A stretch of DNA of 64,000 nucleotides from Candidatus Methylomirabilota bacterium. GTDB taxonomy: Bacteria > Methylomirabilota > Methylomirabilia > Rokubacteriales > CSP1-6. The stretch covers positions 434-64,433 of the forward strand of contig DASYUQ010000092.1 of the NCBI GenBank assembly GCA_036001065.1, given 5' to 3'. The notes below the pieces were generated by a model. The model searched no databases. It saw only the letters and a list, made by a program, of their open reading frames with translations, and was not told the DNA's origin. Every line of letters starts with the position of its first letter. The stretch's first letter is position 1. This document shows, one piece after another, positions 1 through 7,623 of this stretch. Made by a program: the position numbers and the translations under genes.

Positions 1-610
1 GGGTGAAATACCGCGCGAGCATCGGGTGTTCCTCGCGCCACATCTCCGCGTTGCCCTCCTCGGCAAAGCTTGCGGACCATATCCCGGGGAGTTCCAGGGC
101 CGAGTAGAAGATTCTCCAGGAAGACGGAGTCGGGCTTCTTTGGGAATCTGAGCATGGCCCCCCTGCTACGGCCCCGACGATTGAGAGCTTATGCGAGCGA
201 AAGGGGGGCTTACCGACACGGAGATGGGGCGCTCGCTGCGATGCGGCCGGGGAAGGAGGGCTGAGGCCGGAGGTGTAAAGGGTTGCCACATACCCCAATG
301 GGGAGGGTACATTGAAGCTGTATAGTGCCGGATGTAGCGGCAGGGCCGGGCTGATGACCCGGGGCTTCGGGGCTCGTGGCCCTTCCACCCCGGGCGGCCG
401 ATCCCCACGCGGGGGGCGGACCGTAGAGCGAACGGTCGTGGTTCTAGCGGATCAGGCAGGGCCTGTCAAGCTGACCACTCTCCCGCCAAAGGTGAAGGTC
501 GCATGCTCGCCTGCAAGGAGACGGGTGTCGTCGTCGCCCTGGTCGTGTGCCGAGTTCCTTGCAGCGTCTTCGGATACGCTCGTCGATTCGAGCGCGAGGT
601 GAGGGTAGTG

Positions 611-709
611 ATGGCGGACGAAAAGGAACAGAAGGACAAGGACAAAGATAAGGACAAGCATCACCCGCCGCGTCCGGTGCCGCAGCCGACGCAGCATCCG
701 CAGCGGTAG
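611..709 (+). CDS. Possible 32-aa micro-ORF, (KD)n-rich, directly upstream of the E2-like gene
   Basis: ATG at 611 is preceded by GAGGTGAGGG. It translates to MADEKEQKDKDKDKDKHHPPRPVPQPTQHPQR and stops at 707-709, 50 nt before the ATG at 759. Low complexity, so coding status is uncertain. Confidence 0.2.
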   Translation: MADEKEQKDKDKDKDKHHPPRPVPQPTQHPQR

Positions 710-758
710 TTTTTGCTTGAACATCCTCGGCGGGTCTCTGTGGTGGAGTAGCGCAGAA

Positions 759-1544
759 ATGCGCGACTTCTGGCCATCCGAGATCCGCCGAGTCAAGCAG
801 GAATACCCTGCGTTCGAGTTACGTGACCGGCCACCGCGCCCCGACCTCGATCCGGATGACGCCGAACGGTGTGGTGTTGTCGTACGGACGTGGCGCGGCA
901 TGATGCAGCCCTTCCCGCCGACACTGGACAAGGACGAGCTACTCACGATCATCTCCGACCTGTACGACGGTGGCCCGGCACTCAGAATCGATTTGAACGG
1001 CACATTGCGCCACGATGTCCACTGTCGACGTCGAGCGCACCCCCTTCTCCCCGATCTCGTTCCCCAAAATCCGCTGACGGCCACGTATGAGATGGAGGTT
1101 GCGTACGCCGTGCCGCCGATGCGGCCCATCGTCCGCGCGATACACCCTCGGATCACGGTGCGCGAGTACCCGCAAATGCCGCAGCCCATCGCGCCGCTCA
1201 AGGCCTTGTGCGTCGCCAACGCGCCCACGGACCCGTGGAACTTCCACTCCGACGGCGCGCTACGCTATCTCGACTGGACTGCGTACTTTGTGGGCAAGCA
1301 CACCCTCTGGTTGGAGTGCTTACACCGCAATGGTCGCGCCGAGTGGCCCGGCCGTTCTCGCCCCGGCGATCCCGACGATGAGATCAAGAACACCCCTCCC
1401 AACGCCCCGTGTACCTGCAACTCGGAGGTCCCCTACCGCGACTGCCACCTAGCGTTCGACCTGGAGAACAGCGAGAGAAAGAAAAAAGGCCTACGTCCTG
1501 AAACGAGACCGTTGAGCATGGCGTTCTATAAATCTAGGCCGTGA
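759..1544 (+). CDS. Hypothetical protein with a UBC/E2-like core (tentative) and a C-terminal SEC-C zinc motif
   Basis: The ORF track gives 717..1544 (TTG). An in-frame ATG at 759 follows GGTGGAG. The SEC-C pattern CxCxSx3[YF][KR]xC[CH] is matched exactly by CTCNSEVPYRDCH. E2-like strings: EIRRVKQEYPAF, WRGMMQPFP, YEMEVAYAVPPMRPIVRAIHPRI (compare YPxxPPxVxFxxxIxHPN), then LKALCVANAPTDPW with a candidate catalytic Cys. The stop overlaps the next start (GTGA at 1541-1544). Confidence 0.65.
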   Translation: MRDFWPSEIRRVKQEYPAFELRDRPPRPDLDPDDAERCGVVVRTWRGMMQPFPPTLDKDELLTIISDLYDGGPALRIDLNGTLRHDVHCRRRAHPLLPDLVPQNPLTATYEMEVAYAVPPMRPIVRAIHPRITVREYPQMPQPIAPLKALCVANAPTDPWNFHSDGALRYLDWTAYFVGKHTLWLECLHRNGRAEWPGRSRPGDPDDEIKNTPPNAPCTCNSEVPYRDCHLAFDLENSERKKKGLRPETRPLSMAFYKSRP

Positions 1545-2179
1545 CGACTCACTACGCGCAGTCTGCAACTAGCATCTCCGGTGACCTTATCTCGCATGTT
1601 GAGTCACTTCACAGAACGGCATCGGAGTGGACCTCCCGTGGGCCGGCCGGTCTCGCACCCCTGGCAATCCCGGCGTATATCGTTGCCGTCGCAGCCGTCG
1701 AAGCGTATCTCAACGAGACGTACTCTTATTACTTCCGCCTGCCAGGGGAGGATGAGGAAGTGATATCAGCTGACGCTTTAGAGAAGCTAGAACTTGGTCT
1801 GAAACTGATCCTCCTTCCTTACTTGTTGTTCGGCAAAAAGCTCTCTAAAAGTCAGCAGCCTTATCAGGATATGGACCTCCTTATCAAGCTTCGTAATGAG
1901 CTTGTCCACTACAAGATGAGCGGGAAACCGCCGAAGCCTGTAAAGAGTCTCGCTCAGCGAGGCATTATAAAGCGCGTTCCGCCAGAGCAGGAGCAGGCCG
2001 GCGGACCCCACGCATGGGCTGACAGAATAAGCACGTTGGAAGGTATCCGCTGGGCAAACAACACCGCAGCTGCGACGGTCCATGCCCTGGCTGCCCTCGC
2101 ACCCTCGGACAAGGCAAAAGCGTTTACAAGCCTTGCGTCTAACTTTCGGACGATTCCGTTAGCGGCTCGAGGAAAGTAA
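1541..2179 (+). CDS. Hypothetical all-alpha protein with an Rx4H motif (HEPN-like, tentative)
   Basis: 212-aa ORF with a GTG start overlapping the upstream stop. LIKLRNELVHYK contains R-x4-H (R118..H123), the HEPN RNase signature, after helix-like segments (AVEAYLNETY). Clearly AT-richer than the surrounding genome. Confidence 0.65.
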   Translation: MTTHYAQSATSISGDLISHVESLHRTASEWTSRGPAGLAPLAIPAYIVAVAAVEAYLNETYSYYFRLPGEDEEVISADALEKLELGLKLILLPYLLFGKKLSKSQQPYQDMDLLIKLRNELVHYKMSGKPPKPVKSLAQRGIIKRVPPEQEQAGGPHAWADRISTLEGIRWANNTAAATVHALAALAPSDKAKAFTSLASNFRTIPLAARGK

Positions 2180-3075
2180 TGATCGCCGACGATGTCCTGG
2201 CAGGATTCATGCGCGTAGATCCCAAGCGCGGGGAAGTGTTCAAGCAGCAATTGGCATCTGCAATCGTCGTCAAGATTCAAAATGTCGCAAACTACTTTTG
2301 GGAAGGTACCGATCAGGAGGCATGGGATCTCCGCAGCGACTTTCCGAATGTCGCACCACCGTGGCCGCGCTTTTGGATGGAGTGGAAACTACCGACTGGT
2401 TTAGTGACGAAGACCGGTGGCTATCAGCGGCTTAGTGAAGAGGTTCCTCGGTGGGGTGTCGGTGTCTTCGGTGCTGCGGCAGAACTCGAAAACCGCTCTC
2501 TCGCGCGCTGGCAGTTGGATCTCTACTGCTTCTCTGGTTCGCCAGAGCGCCAAGATCCATTCATGGCGGCCATTCAACTGCTGATCGATGCTGACGGCCA
2601 TGTCGTGATGGGTGGTACGGAAGAAAACCCCCAAGCTGCCGTTTATGCGATTCCGAAGGCCGATATAGAGAGCTACGGTCAGGCCAGTGCAGAACTCGTG
2701 ACCAGCGCCAGCTTCCGTACGCCGGCGCTCCTTGCGCTCTGTTTTTGTCACTGCAACAACGTCACAATTATCGAAACACCGGTCTCATCCAAACTCCTCA
2801 AGAAACGAGACGCCCGCGATCGTGCACCCGTCACGAAGTACTACACGCTTGAAATCGCTCCTATGCAGAAGACCCTTCGAGAAGCGGCAGGCGCGGACGG
2901 TTCGCTCAAGCATGCCCTTCACATCTGTCGTGGTCACTTCAAAGACTATCGCGAGGGTAGCGGTCTATTCGATAAGTTTCGGGGGATGTATTGGTGGGAT
3001 ATGCACACGCGCGGGAGTAGCAAGCTTGGGGAGATCCGGAAGGACTACGACGTGAAGCCGCCTTGCTCCGCTTGA
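2179..3075 (+). CDS. Hypothetical protein, third gene of the cassette
   Basis: 298-aa ORF. The ATG at 2179 overlaps the upstream TAA by 1 nt and is preceded by GAGGAAAG. The composition is protein-like. The C-terminal block HICRGHFKDYREGSGLFDKFRGMYWWDMHTRG looks conserved but I cannot name a family. Confidence 0.65.
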   Translation: MIADDVLAGFMRVDPKRGEVFKQQLASAIVVKIQNVANYFWEGTDQEAWDLRSDFPNVAPPWPRFWMEWKLPTGLVTKTGGYQRLSEEVPRWGVGVFGAAAELENRSLARWQLDLYCFSGSPERQDPFMAAIQLLIDADGHVVMGGTEENPQAAVYAIPKADIESYGQASAELVTSASFRTPALLALCFCHCNNVTIIETPVSSKLLKKRDARDRAPVTKYYTLEIAPMQKTLREAAGADGSLKHALHICRGHFKDYREGSGLFDKFRGMYWWDMHTRGSSKLGEIRKDYDVKPPCSA

Positions 3076-3103
3076 CACTACGGAATAACTGGGGACAGCC
3101 GGG

Positions 3104-3253
3104 TCACTTCTTCCACCTCGCCGCTGCCGCCTTCTTCGCAATCTCCCGTCGTCGCTCTGCCGTGAGGTTCTTCGCCCGTGTCTGGCCGCCGATCCGGCCA
3201 AGCTCCTGGATGGCCCGTAGCACGCGCGGGTCGAGTCCTTTCCTGGCGCTCAT
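3104..3253 (-). CDS. Small basic 49-aa protein (below the ORF-track cutoff)
   Basis: Hand translation gives MSARKGLDPRVLRAIQELGRIGGQTRAKNLTAERRREIAKKAAAARWKK. The GG-x-RAK-x-L-[ST]-x-E-RR-x-IA-x-KAA-x-ARW tail is a recurrent small-protein pattern in mobile elements. Confidence 0.45.
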   Translation of the reverse strand: MSARKGLDPRVLRAIQELGRIGGQTRAKNLTAERRREIAKKAAAARWKK

Positions 3254-3346
3254 GGCTTAGGCCTAAGAATACCCTGGGCCGGTCTCAGAGACAACGCCCT
3301 GTCGGCAGGAGGAGAACTGAAGGCCTCCTTTGAGGGGGAGGCGCCG

Positions 3347-3538
3347 TCACCGCGCCACGTCAGGCCACCTATTGGGCGCTGCTGCGATCGCGTGCCGCTG
3401 GGCGATTACAGGGTCACCTGTGCGGAGTGATTCCTTCACCTCGCGCTTCCCAATGATCGGACGGAGCTTCGGCGGAACCATGCGACGGACGATGTAGACG
3501 CCATAACAGCGTGCGCTCCCCTGTACCAAGTGGAGCAC
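3347..3538 (-). pseudogene. N-terminal stub of a tyrosine integrase (arm-binding/DUF6538-like region only)
   Basis: The 63-aa ORF contains YIVRRMVPPKLRPIIGKREVKESLRTGDPVIAQRHA, the typical integrase N-terminal motif (yyfRrrvPkdLrpiiGkkeixxSLrT). No catalytic domain follows. Confidence 0.6.
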
Positions 3539-3582
3539 CGCGAAGATTGGCAGATCAGCTACTTCACGCGGTTAGCTGTGGC

Positions 3583-3610
3583 TGGTGGCCCCAACGGGAT
3601 TCGAACCCGG
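3583..3610 (-). other. tRNA 3'-half-like remnant (T-arm, acceptor 3' strand and CCA); not an intact tRNA
   Basis: tggtGGCCCCAacGGGATTCGAACCCgg is the reverse complement of a T-loop (GGTTCGAATCC-type), an acceptor strand and CCA. No complementary 5' acceptor strand or anticodon arm could be folded in 3611-3665. It differs from the tRNA-Phe 3' end and sits next to the integrase stub. Confidence 0.5.
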
Positions 3611-3696
3611 ATGAGTCCGGCCACGTTTTCGCCGGTCCTGCTGCCACTTTACGTGTCGACCAGTTCTGGCACTATCGACGCGATTCAAACCTGCAG

Positions 3697-4149
3697 CTAC
3701 GTTGAGCCATTGATCTCGCGCTCGAGTTTGCGAAGCCGCTCAATGAGCCTCTCGAAGCGCGGGGCAGTGCCGAAGATCATCGGAGCCATCTTTGCGTAGT
3801 CTCCAGCAAACTCGGCGAGCCTTGCCTCGGGGGGCACGAGCCTGAGTGTCCCGGGTTTAGCCGTGTCGTAGTGCGACCAGCCGGAGTAGAAGAAAACCTC
3901 CTTGTAACGCCTGACCTTCTCGAGCATCTCGGTGTCCCTGATGGCTCGCCGACCCGCCTCCGTGTCAGCAAGCAGCGCCAGGTCGTAACAATGACGCGAC
4001 AGCCGCTCTTTCGCTGGCCCCGCCGGACGGTGATACTCCGAATGTAGGAGCGTTGCCTTCTCCCAGAAGGTTCGCTCCGCTCCAAGAAGGGTATCCCAGG
4101 AAACGGGACGAGCTGGGATGCGAGACCCGGTAGCACCAGAGGCAGGAAG
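3697..4149 (-). pseudogene. C-terminal fragment of an AbiEii/AbiGii-family nucleotidyltransferase toxin (DUF1814)
   Basis: The frame is open from 4149 with no ATG/GTG/TTG before 3927. It reads ...ERTFWEKATLLHSEYHRPAGPAKERLSRHCYDLALLADTEAG...MLEKVRRYKEVFFYSGWSHYDTAKPGTLRLVPPEARLAEFAGDYAKMAPMIFG..., the conserved AbiEii C-terminal half. The N-terminal NTase half is absent. Confidence 0.6.
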
Positions 4150-4170
4150 TTAGTCCGCCAGCCTCCCCAG

Positions 4171-4950
4171 TCAGCGGCTCGGCGCAGCAGCGACCGGATA
4201 CTCCGACCACGTCTGGCCGGCCAGCTCGCGGCCGCCAGCCTTGGGCGTTCGACCGCCCCACTGCTTGAAGAAAAAGGCCACCCCGGCCGCCTGGCACAGG
4301 TCGCGGAGCTCAAGGAGCCAGCGTTCCGCTTCGGGCTTCGGTCTTACGCGGCCGGCGATAATTTCCACCAGGGCGCGCCGCGGGATGCCACCCGACTCGC
4401 CGCCGGCGATCAGCCAGGCGATCCCCCGAAGATCGAGGTCGGTAAGCGGCCCAAGCAACGGCTCAGCGCTGATGAACCTGATGCGAGCGTCCACCTGGCG
4501 GAGGCGCTCGACGCGCCAGGCATAGCGCATGGACTCAACCGACACGCCGAGCCACACGTTGGGCGGCACGGGCACGACCTCAGCCCGACCTCGGTGCCAC
4601 AAGACCATCCGATCCGGGCGTTTGGTCAACACCTGGAAGACATGTCGAGTCGCACGGGCCATAGTGGCGAACACCTCGTCTACATACTCAAGCGGCACAG
4701 CGTCGTGGAACAGATCACTCATGCTGTTGACAAATACGCGCCGTGGCTCTCGCCACCGAAGTGGCAGATCGAGCTGGTCGGGATGAAGTGTGACGGCGAA
4801 GCCATTCTGATAACGTGGGTTGCCCATGATCTTAAGGCGGAGGGCCAATCGTTCGGCGTAGCAGAACTTGCAGCCCGGCGAGATCTTGGTGCAGCCAGTG
4901 ACAGGATTCCACGTTGCGTCAGTCCACTCAATCGCCGAAGTAGCCCCCAC
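4171..4950 (-). CDS. DUF5131 / phage Gp37-Gp68 family protein (three-Cys motif)
   Basis: The N-terminus IEWTDATWNPVTGCTKISPGCKFCYAE is the family signature, including Cx6CxxC. 259 aa. Confidence 0.85.
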   Translation of the reverse strand: MGATSAIEWTDATWNPVTGCTKISPGCKFCYAERLALRLKIMGNPRYQNGFAVTLHPDQLDLPLRWREPRRVFVNSMSDLFHDAVPLEYVDEVFATMARATRHVFQVLTKRPDRMVLWHRGRAEVVPVPPNVWLGVSVESMRYAWRVERLRQVDARIRFISAEPLLGPLTDLDLRGIAWLIAGGESGGIPRRALVEIIAGRVRPKPEAERWLLELRDLCQAAGVAFFFKQWGGRTPKAGGRELAGQTWSEYPVAAAPSR

Positions 4951-4982
4951 GAAGGCTCTCTCCTTAGGCTCTTATCACTGAA

Positions 4983-5924
4983 TTATGACTCGTGGCCGGA
5001 CGTGCCATCGCGTTTTGGATTGCCTACAGCCCACAACTCCAGATCCAACTGCTCGCCCTGCTCCGGGACGTCAATGACGTCGCCGTAAGCACGGCGCATT
5101 TGCAGAGGCGCTTTCGGGTGGTCGGTCGCGTGAATCATATAGTACATGGTCCTTCCGCCTCGCTCGCGCTCATAAATCGCCCACGGCTTGACGGAGAGGT
5201 ATCCGAGCTCTCTCCTCATACGGTCGGCAAACCGATGAGCCCGGAGAGGGCCCGGCATCCCGCGCAGCTGCTGCCAATCGGAGCGACCCCACCACGCTTC
5301 AACCAGCGCTGGCCGCTTCACACCGGCCAGGGCTCGGTCAAGCCAGCTATTGGCCAGGAAATAGAAGAGCTCAATCTTGTAGCGTCCGGTTTTCTTGTGT
5401 GCCAGCGCCCGTAGTGTGGCCCACTGGCACTCAAAGGTCCACTGGTCGAGGAGACAGAACGTGGCCTCGTTCTCTCCGATCGCTGCCCCTTCAACGAAGT
5501 CAAGGACGCGCTCGTTGAAGTCTCCCGCGTAGATCTCCACAAAGCGCTCGTCGGACGGCGGCAGACTAGCCTTCAAGGCGTGAAGCCGTGCCAGTTGACC
5601 CCGGCTGCGCTCGAAAAGATGGAATCGACGTATCCACTTTGGCTCGAGCTCGAGCACGAGCTTCGCTGACCACGAGTCAGGGTCTTCAGGCTCTTGTGGA
5701 CCGGAGAACCCGTCAACGTACGTGCCGTGGCGTGTGATCATAAGGAACAGGAACAGATACCGCTGGATCAGTCGGGCCTTGTGGAGAGTCCATACCGGCT
5801 GGTCTGGCGTCGGGACGGACAGCGTTTCCGGTGCCACAGGCGCGGGTAGCGCGAAAAGGGTCGGCGCGTGGTCAGGATCGTTGCCAGGAAGCAGTTGCTC
5901 GCGCAACGGTCGACGACGCGTCAT
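4983..5924 (-). CDS. tcmP: Three-Cys-motif partner protein TcmP
   Basis: WTLHKARLIQRYLFLFLMITRHGTYVDGFSGPQ matches the TcmP (TIGR04474-type) N-terminal region. It lies immediately upstream of DUF5131, the defining gene pairing for the family. Confidence 0.75.
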   Translation of the reverse strand: MTRRRPLREQLLPGNDPDHAPTLFALPAPVAPETLSVPTPDQPVWTLHKARLIQRYLFLFLMITRHGTYVDGFSGPQEPEDPDSWSAKLVLELEPKWIRRFHLFERSRGQLARLHALKASLPPSDERFVEIYAGDFNERVLDFVEGAAIGENEATFCLLDQWTFECQWATLRALAHKKTGRYKIELFYFLANSWLDRALAGVKRPALVEAWWGRSDWQQLRGMPGPLRAHRFADRMRRELGYLSVKPWAIYERERGGRTMYYMIHATDHPKAPLQMRRAYGDVIDVPEQGEQLDLELWAVGNPKRDGTSGHES

Positions 5925-5928
5925 CGAG

Positions 5929-6933
5929 CTAATCAGTGTCGCGCGAACCGTGGAACCGCAGACTGGTTACGACAACGCGCCCGGGCTCAATCGAGCTCTC
6001 GTCGATGAGGTACACCAACCGCCTGAGTGGCTGAGAGTTGTCCGAGAACCAGTTCAAGATCCTCCAAGCTTTCGGGAGAAGATCTGTTGGGGCTGGGGTC
6101 ATCACGCCGCGGATAAATGCGGCCACGCCGCCGCGGCGGGTGAGATACTCGGCGAGAGCTCCGGCCGTCAGGTCTGCGATCGCTACAAAGTCCTCGGTCA
6201 CTGGCCCTGTGTCAATCGCTGTCGTACCGACCCGAAGGTGCCCAAGGTTGTGGTCAAGGTAAGAAGCTGAGACTGTAGCGGCTAGGTTCGTCAATTCGCG
6301 GAGTCGATCCGGGTTGGCCGCAATGTCGTCCTCGTCCGTGATCCAAATGACGTTCTGGCCGGGTGAACTCAATCCCGCCAGGAAGAAACTAACGAAGTGC
6401 ACGACCCGGAGCATTCGTTCGAGTACCGTCCGATTCCAGTGATCGTATTGCATAAGATCGAGTGGAGCTGCCTGGTTGTTCTGTAAGAAAAGACTGCCGG
6501 CGCGTTTCGAGATGAGAACTGCAACGAGGAGGCCAGGCATCGCATTGGCCGTCTCTAGGAACGGGCCAAGCGCTCGGCGCCGCCGCGTGTCACCCAGCTT
6601 GGAAAACGCAAACCGCCGACGATCCCGAAGATAGCGGTGCCTGATCTGATGCGTCTCAGATACCCAAGCGCTGAGATCCGAAGTATTCGCAAGGAGCAGG
6701 GCAAATGCCTCGTATCGGTAGCGCGGATGCTGACCGGCATAATCAGACCCAATCATCACCATGGGACCTGTATCGAGATTCGGTAGCAGCCCTGGATGCC
6801 GCCACTCGGCTTCCTGGATGCAGGCCGCGATGGTTCCCATCGGGCCAAGGTCTCGTCTTTTCAGGATGGTGGGATTAAACCTTGAGATTGGGACTCCGGC
6901 GCTCACCGGCAGCCCGAGTGAGCAGCCCGCCAA
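5929..6933 (-). CDS. Hypothetical protein (weak DUF3800-like features), first gene of the TcmP/DUF5131 operon
   Basis: 334-aa ORF ending 4 nt before the tcmP start. IWITDEDD and FVAIADLTAGALAEYL resemble the acidic motifs of DUF3800. The true start may be an internal Met (MGTIAAC or MVMIGSDYAG). AT-richer than the core. Confidence 0.6.
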   Translation of the reverse strand: MAGCSLGLPVSAGVPISRFNPTILKRRDLGPMGTIAACIQEAEWRHPGLLPNLDTGPMVMIGSDYAGQHPRYRYEAFALLLANTSDLSAWVSETHQIRHRYLRDRRRFAFSKLGDTRRRRALGPFLETANAMPGLLVAVLISKRAGSLFLQNNQAAPLDLMQYDHWNRTVLERMLRVVHFVSFFLAGLSSPGQNVIWITDEDDIAANPDRLRELTNLAATVSASYLDHNLGHLRVGTTAIDTGPVTEDFVAIADLTAGALAEYLTRRGGVAAFIRGVMTPAPTDLLPKAWRILNWFSDNSQPLRRLVYLIDESSIEPGRVVVTSLRFHGSRDTD

Positions 6934-7412
6934 GCCAGTAGCGGGAGGGACGGCCGCGACATTGCCGTCCCGACGCTATCCCGAAGGCGGCGGAGACGTC
7001 AAGTTATAGGCTTCTCACCTTTTCAGGGAGCCCTGCCGACGCCATGGATTTTTGGCTTTCGGAGGTACGGCTTGAGGCAGTCGCCGGGCCGCTTCATGGT
7101 CACTGGCCTAGCGTTCGGCAGTCGCTCGCCGTGCTCTCCTTGCACTCTGATTCCCGCATGGGCGCCGCACAATCTGTCCGGCTTCGCGTGCAAACGCGAC
7201 CTGCGGTAGAGCCAGCGACGCGCGCGGCGATTGAAGCGCCGAAGAGCACGGTGACTCCAGTTAGATCGGTACGGCTGATGGCGCGTCAGCTGACCAACCT
7301 CTGCCCGCTCTGCGCCTGCGATCCAGGAAGTGCTGCAAAACGCCTATGCTTCACGACTTCCCGTGGAGCTACGGCGACTCGCGTGGTGTCTGAAGTGGCT
7401 CTTCATCTCGCC

Positions 7413-7600
7413 TTACCGAAATGCTGTTCCTCGCCGCCCAAGGGGCTCGAGCTCATAGCGATCGCTCGCGGTGAGACGGTTCAGAGCGTCGGCCGACACC
7501 AGGAAGTGTCGATCGAGCTCACGCGTGGCGTGCTCAAGACGAGCCGCGGTGTTCATCACGTCGCCGTGAAACACGATATCGCGCTTCGTCTCTTCCTTCT
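7413..7600 (-). pseudogene. C-terminal stub of a class III adenylate/guanylate cyclase
   Basis: KRDIVFHGDVMNTAARLEHATRELDRHFLVSADALNRL...YELEPLG matches the cyclase core (GdxVNxAaRLe ... LG). It has no N-terminal half because the ARH gene stop at 7624 abuts it. Downstream frames look further degraded. Confidence 0.55.
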
Positions 7601-7623
7601 CTGGCTCCCCTTGGGTGCCGCTA

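Noticed and set aside
1-155. Partial minus-strand gene at the left edge (frames reading MLRFPKKPDSVFLENLLLG... or ...SFAEEGNAEMWREEHPMLARYFT)
   Set aside because: Two frames each look partly protein-like, neither has a recognisable motif, and the sequence runs off the window. This is too little to call.
452-1228. 258-aa minus-strand ORF overlapping the E2-like gene
   Set aside because: It has Ser/Arg/Gly-rich low-complexity composition and no motifs. The plus-strand frame carries an exact SEC-C motif and operon coupling.
3583-3665. Possible intact tRNA gene
   Set aside because: Only the T-arm, 3' acceptor strand and CCA are recognisable. I could not find a complementary 5' acceptor strand or a 5-bp anticodon stem with a 7-nt loop, so I treat it as a remnant.
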